DNA of 64,000 bases, from positions 15,832,355 through 15,896,354 of the forward strand of contig NC_057723.1 in NCBI RefSeq assembly GCF_004010195.1, given 5' to 3'. The translations under genes were made by a program, and so were the position numbers. Below the pieces are notes generated by a model. The model worked only from the letters and a program-made list of their open reading frames with translations, had not been told where the DNA came from and did no database searches. The stretch comes from Chiloscyllium plagiosum (lineage: Eukaryota). Position 1 is the first letter of the stretch. Every line of letters begins with the position of its first letter. Below, one piece after another: positions 62,549-64,000 of this stretch.

Positions 62549-63134
62549 AATCCTACAATGGAGTCTATTAAGTCTCTTCCTCTCAAAGCTCATCTCCAGT
62601 GCAACATGAATCGCATAGACCTGGCATCCAGATCAAATTGCAAATTAACTATCCCTTGAACTCCCAACTTCATTTTATCATGAATCTAAATGTGCAGTTT
62701 ACATTATAACTGTTTACAAAATCTGACATTCTGAACACTTTTCTGAAACTGTGGATGATAACAGTCCATATGCTATCAGCACAGATGCTTTGGTTGTTTT
62801 TTCTTACAGGTGTGAACATATTTCACCTTCTTCCCAAGAAAACAACTGAATCTTTAACACCCAAGCCACGCAGCCTTGCTTTCAGCCAAATTCAGAATAG
62901 ACACAGGTCCCTGCATTCCTCCATTTTTACCTGAAGGATGCCAGGCCTAAACAGAACAGACTGTAAAACCACCATTTGTTGCCTAATATTATGCTCAATA
63001 GCTTGCGCGCATTTAACATTTCTTGTTAATTTTTTATTGGTGTTTCTATCTCATAAAATCAAGAATTTAAAATTGTATTTTAAGAGATTTATTCATGCAC
63101 AATTTATAAAGTTTTGTAAATCTAAACAGTAAAC

Positions 63135-64000
63135 ATCTTTACCAGATAGACTGCACCCCAGAGGTCTAAGGGAGATAGCTGAAGAGATAGTGAAGGCATT
63201 ATTGGTAATTTTTCAGGAATCGCTAGAGCCAGGGAGAGTCCCAGAGGACTGGAAAATTGCTCATGTAACATTTCTGTTTAAAAAGGGAGTAAGGCAGAAG
63301 AAGAAAAATTACAGACCAATTAGCCTAACCTCAGTTGTGGGTAAGATTGTGGGAACCATTGTGAAGGATGAGATTTCTGAATACTTGGAAATACATGGTA
63401 AAATAGAGCAAGGTCAGCATTGTTTCATCAAGGGTAGGTCATGCCTGACTAATCTTCTAGAATTCTTTGAGGAAGTAATGAGCAGATTAAACCAAGGAGA
63501 AGCAATGGATGCTATCTACCTGGATTTCAAGAAGGCCTTTGACAAGGTGCCGCACATGAGGTTACTGAGAAGGATAAGGATCCATGGTGTCAGAGGCAAA
63601 ATGCTAGCATGGATGGAAGCTTGACTGTTTAGCAGAAAGTGGAGAGTGGAGATAGAAGGGTCCTTCTCAGGATGGTAGCCAGTGACAAGTGGTGGCTCAG
63701 TGTTGGGACCACAATTTTTCCCTTTATACATGAACAATCTAGATGAAGGAACTGAGGAATTTCTGGCTAAGATTGCATTTGATACAAAGATAGGTAGAGG
63801 GACAGGTAGCATTGAGGAGGCCGGAAGGCTGCAGAAGGATTTGGACAGGTTATGAGAGTGGGCAAAGAAGTGGCAGCTGGAGTACAATGTGGGGAAGTGT
63901 AAGGTCATGCACCTTGGTGGGAAGAATAGAGGCAAGGGCTATTTTTTAAGTGGGGAGAAAATTCAGAAGTCTGAAGTGCAAAGAGACTTGGAAGGTCTAG
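63135..64000 (+). mobile_element. CR1 RT pseudogene fragment, running off the window
   Basis: VPEDWKIAHVTFLFKKG...NYRPISLTSVVGK...GRSCLTNLLEFFEEV...IYLDFKKAFDKVPH; in-frame stops downstream. Confidence 0.95.

Overview
Vertebrate, repeat-dominated, apparently intronic or intergenic DNA. The repeats (HE1-type V-SINEs with (TAATC)n tails, HER1/CR1 LINEs) point to a shark, possibly a carpet or bamboo shark (inference). I recognise no intact host protein-coding gene. The longer ORFs are transposon relics (CR1 EN/RT, Penelope GIY-YIG, Vingi/ingi-like RT, Harbinger transposase) or read-through of a stop-free 26-bp minisatellite (54.6-56.9 kb). The strongest signal is about 20 short Penelope-like element (PLE) insertions in roughly five sequence families. 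Many are fold-back palindromes with 11-19 bp target-site duplications (TSDs). They carry a minimal type I hammerhead motif (CUGANGA-A-stem II-GAAA-palindrome-UH) whose stem II changes sequence between families but stays paired. Two PLE insertions are structurally odd: one lies exactly between two copies of an ~870-bp direct duplication, and one has an inverted copy of its own target site at its centre. Coordinates were read by eye and no database search was run, so family names come from motif recognition.
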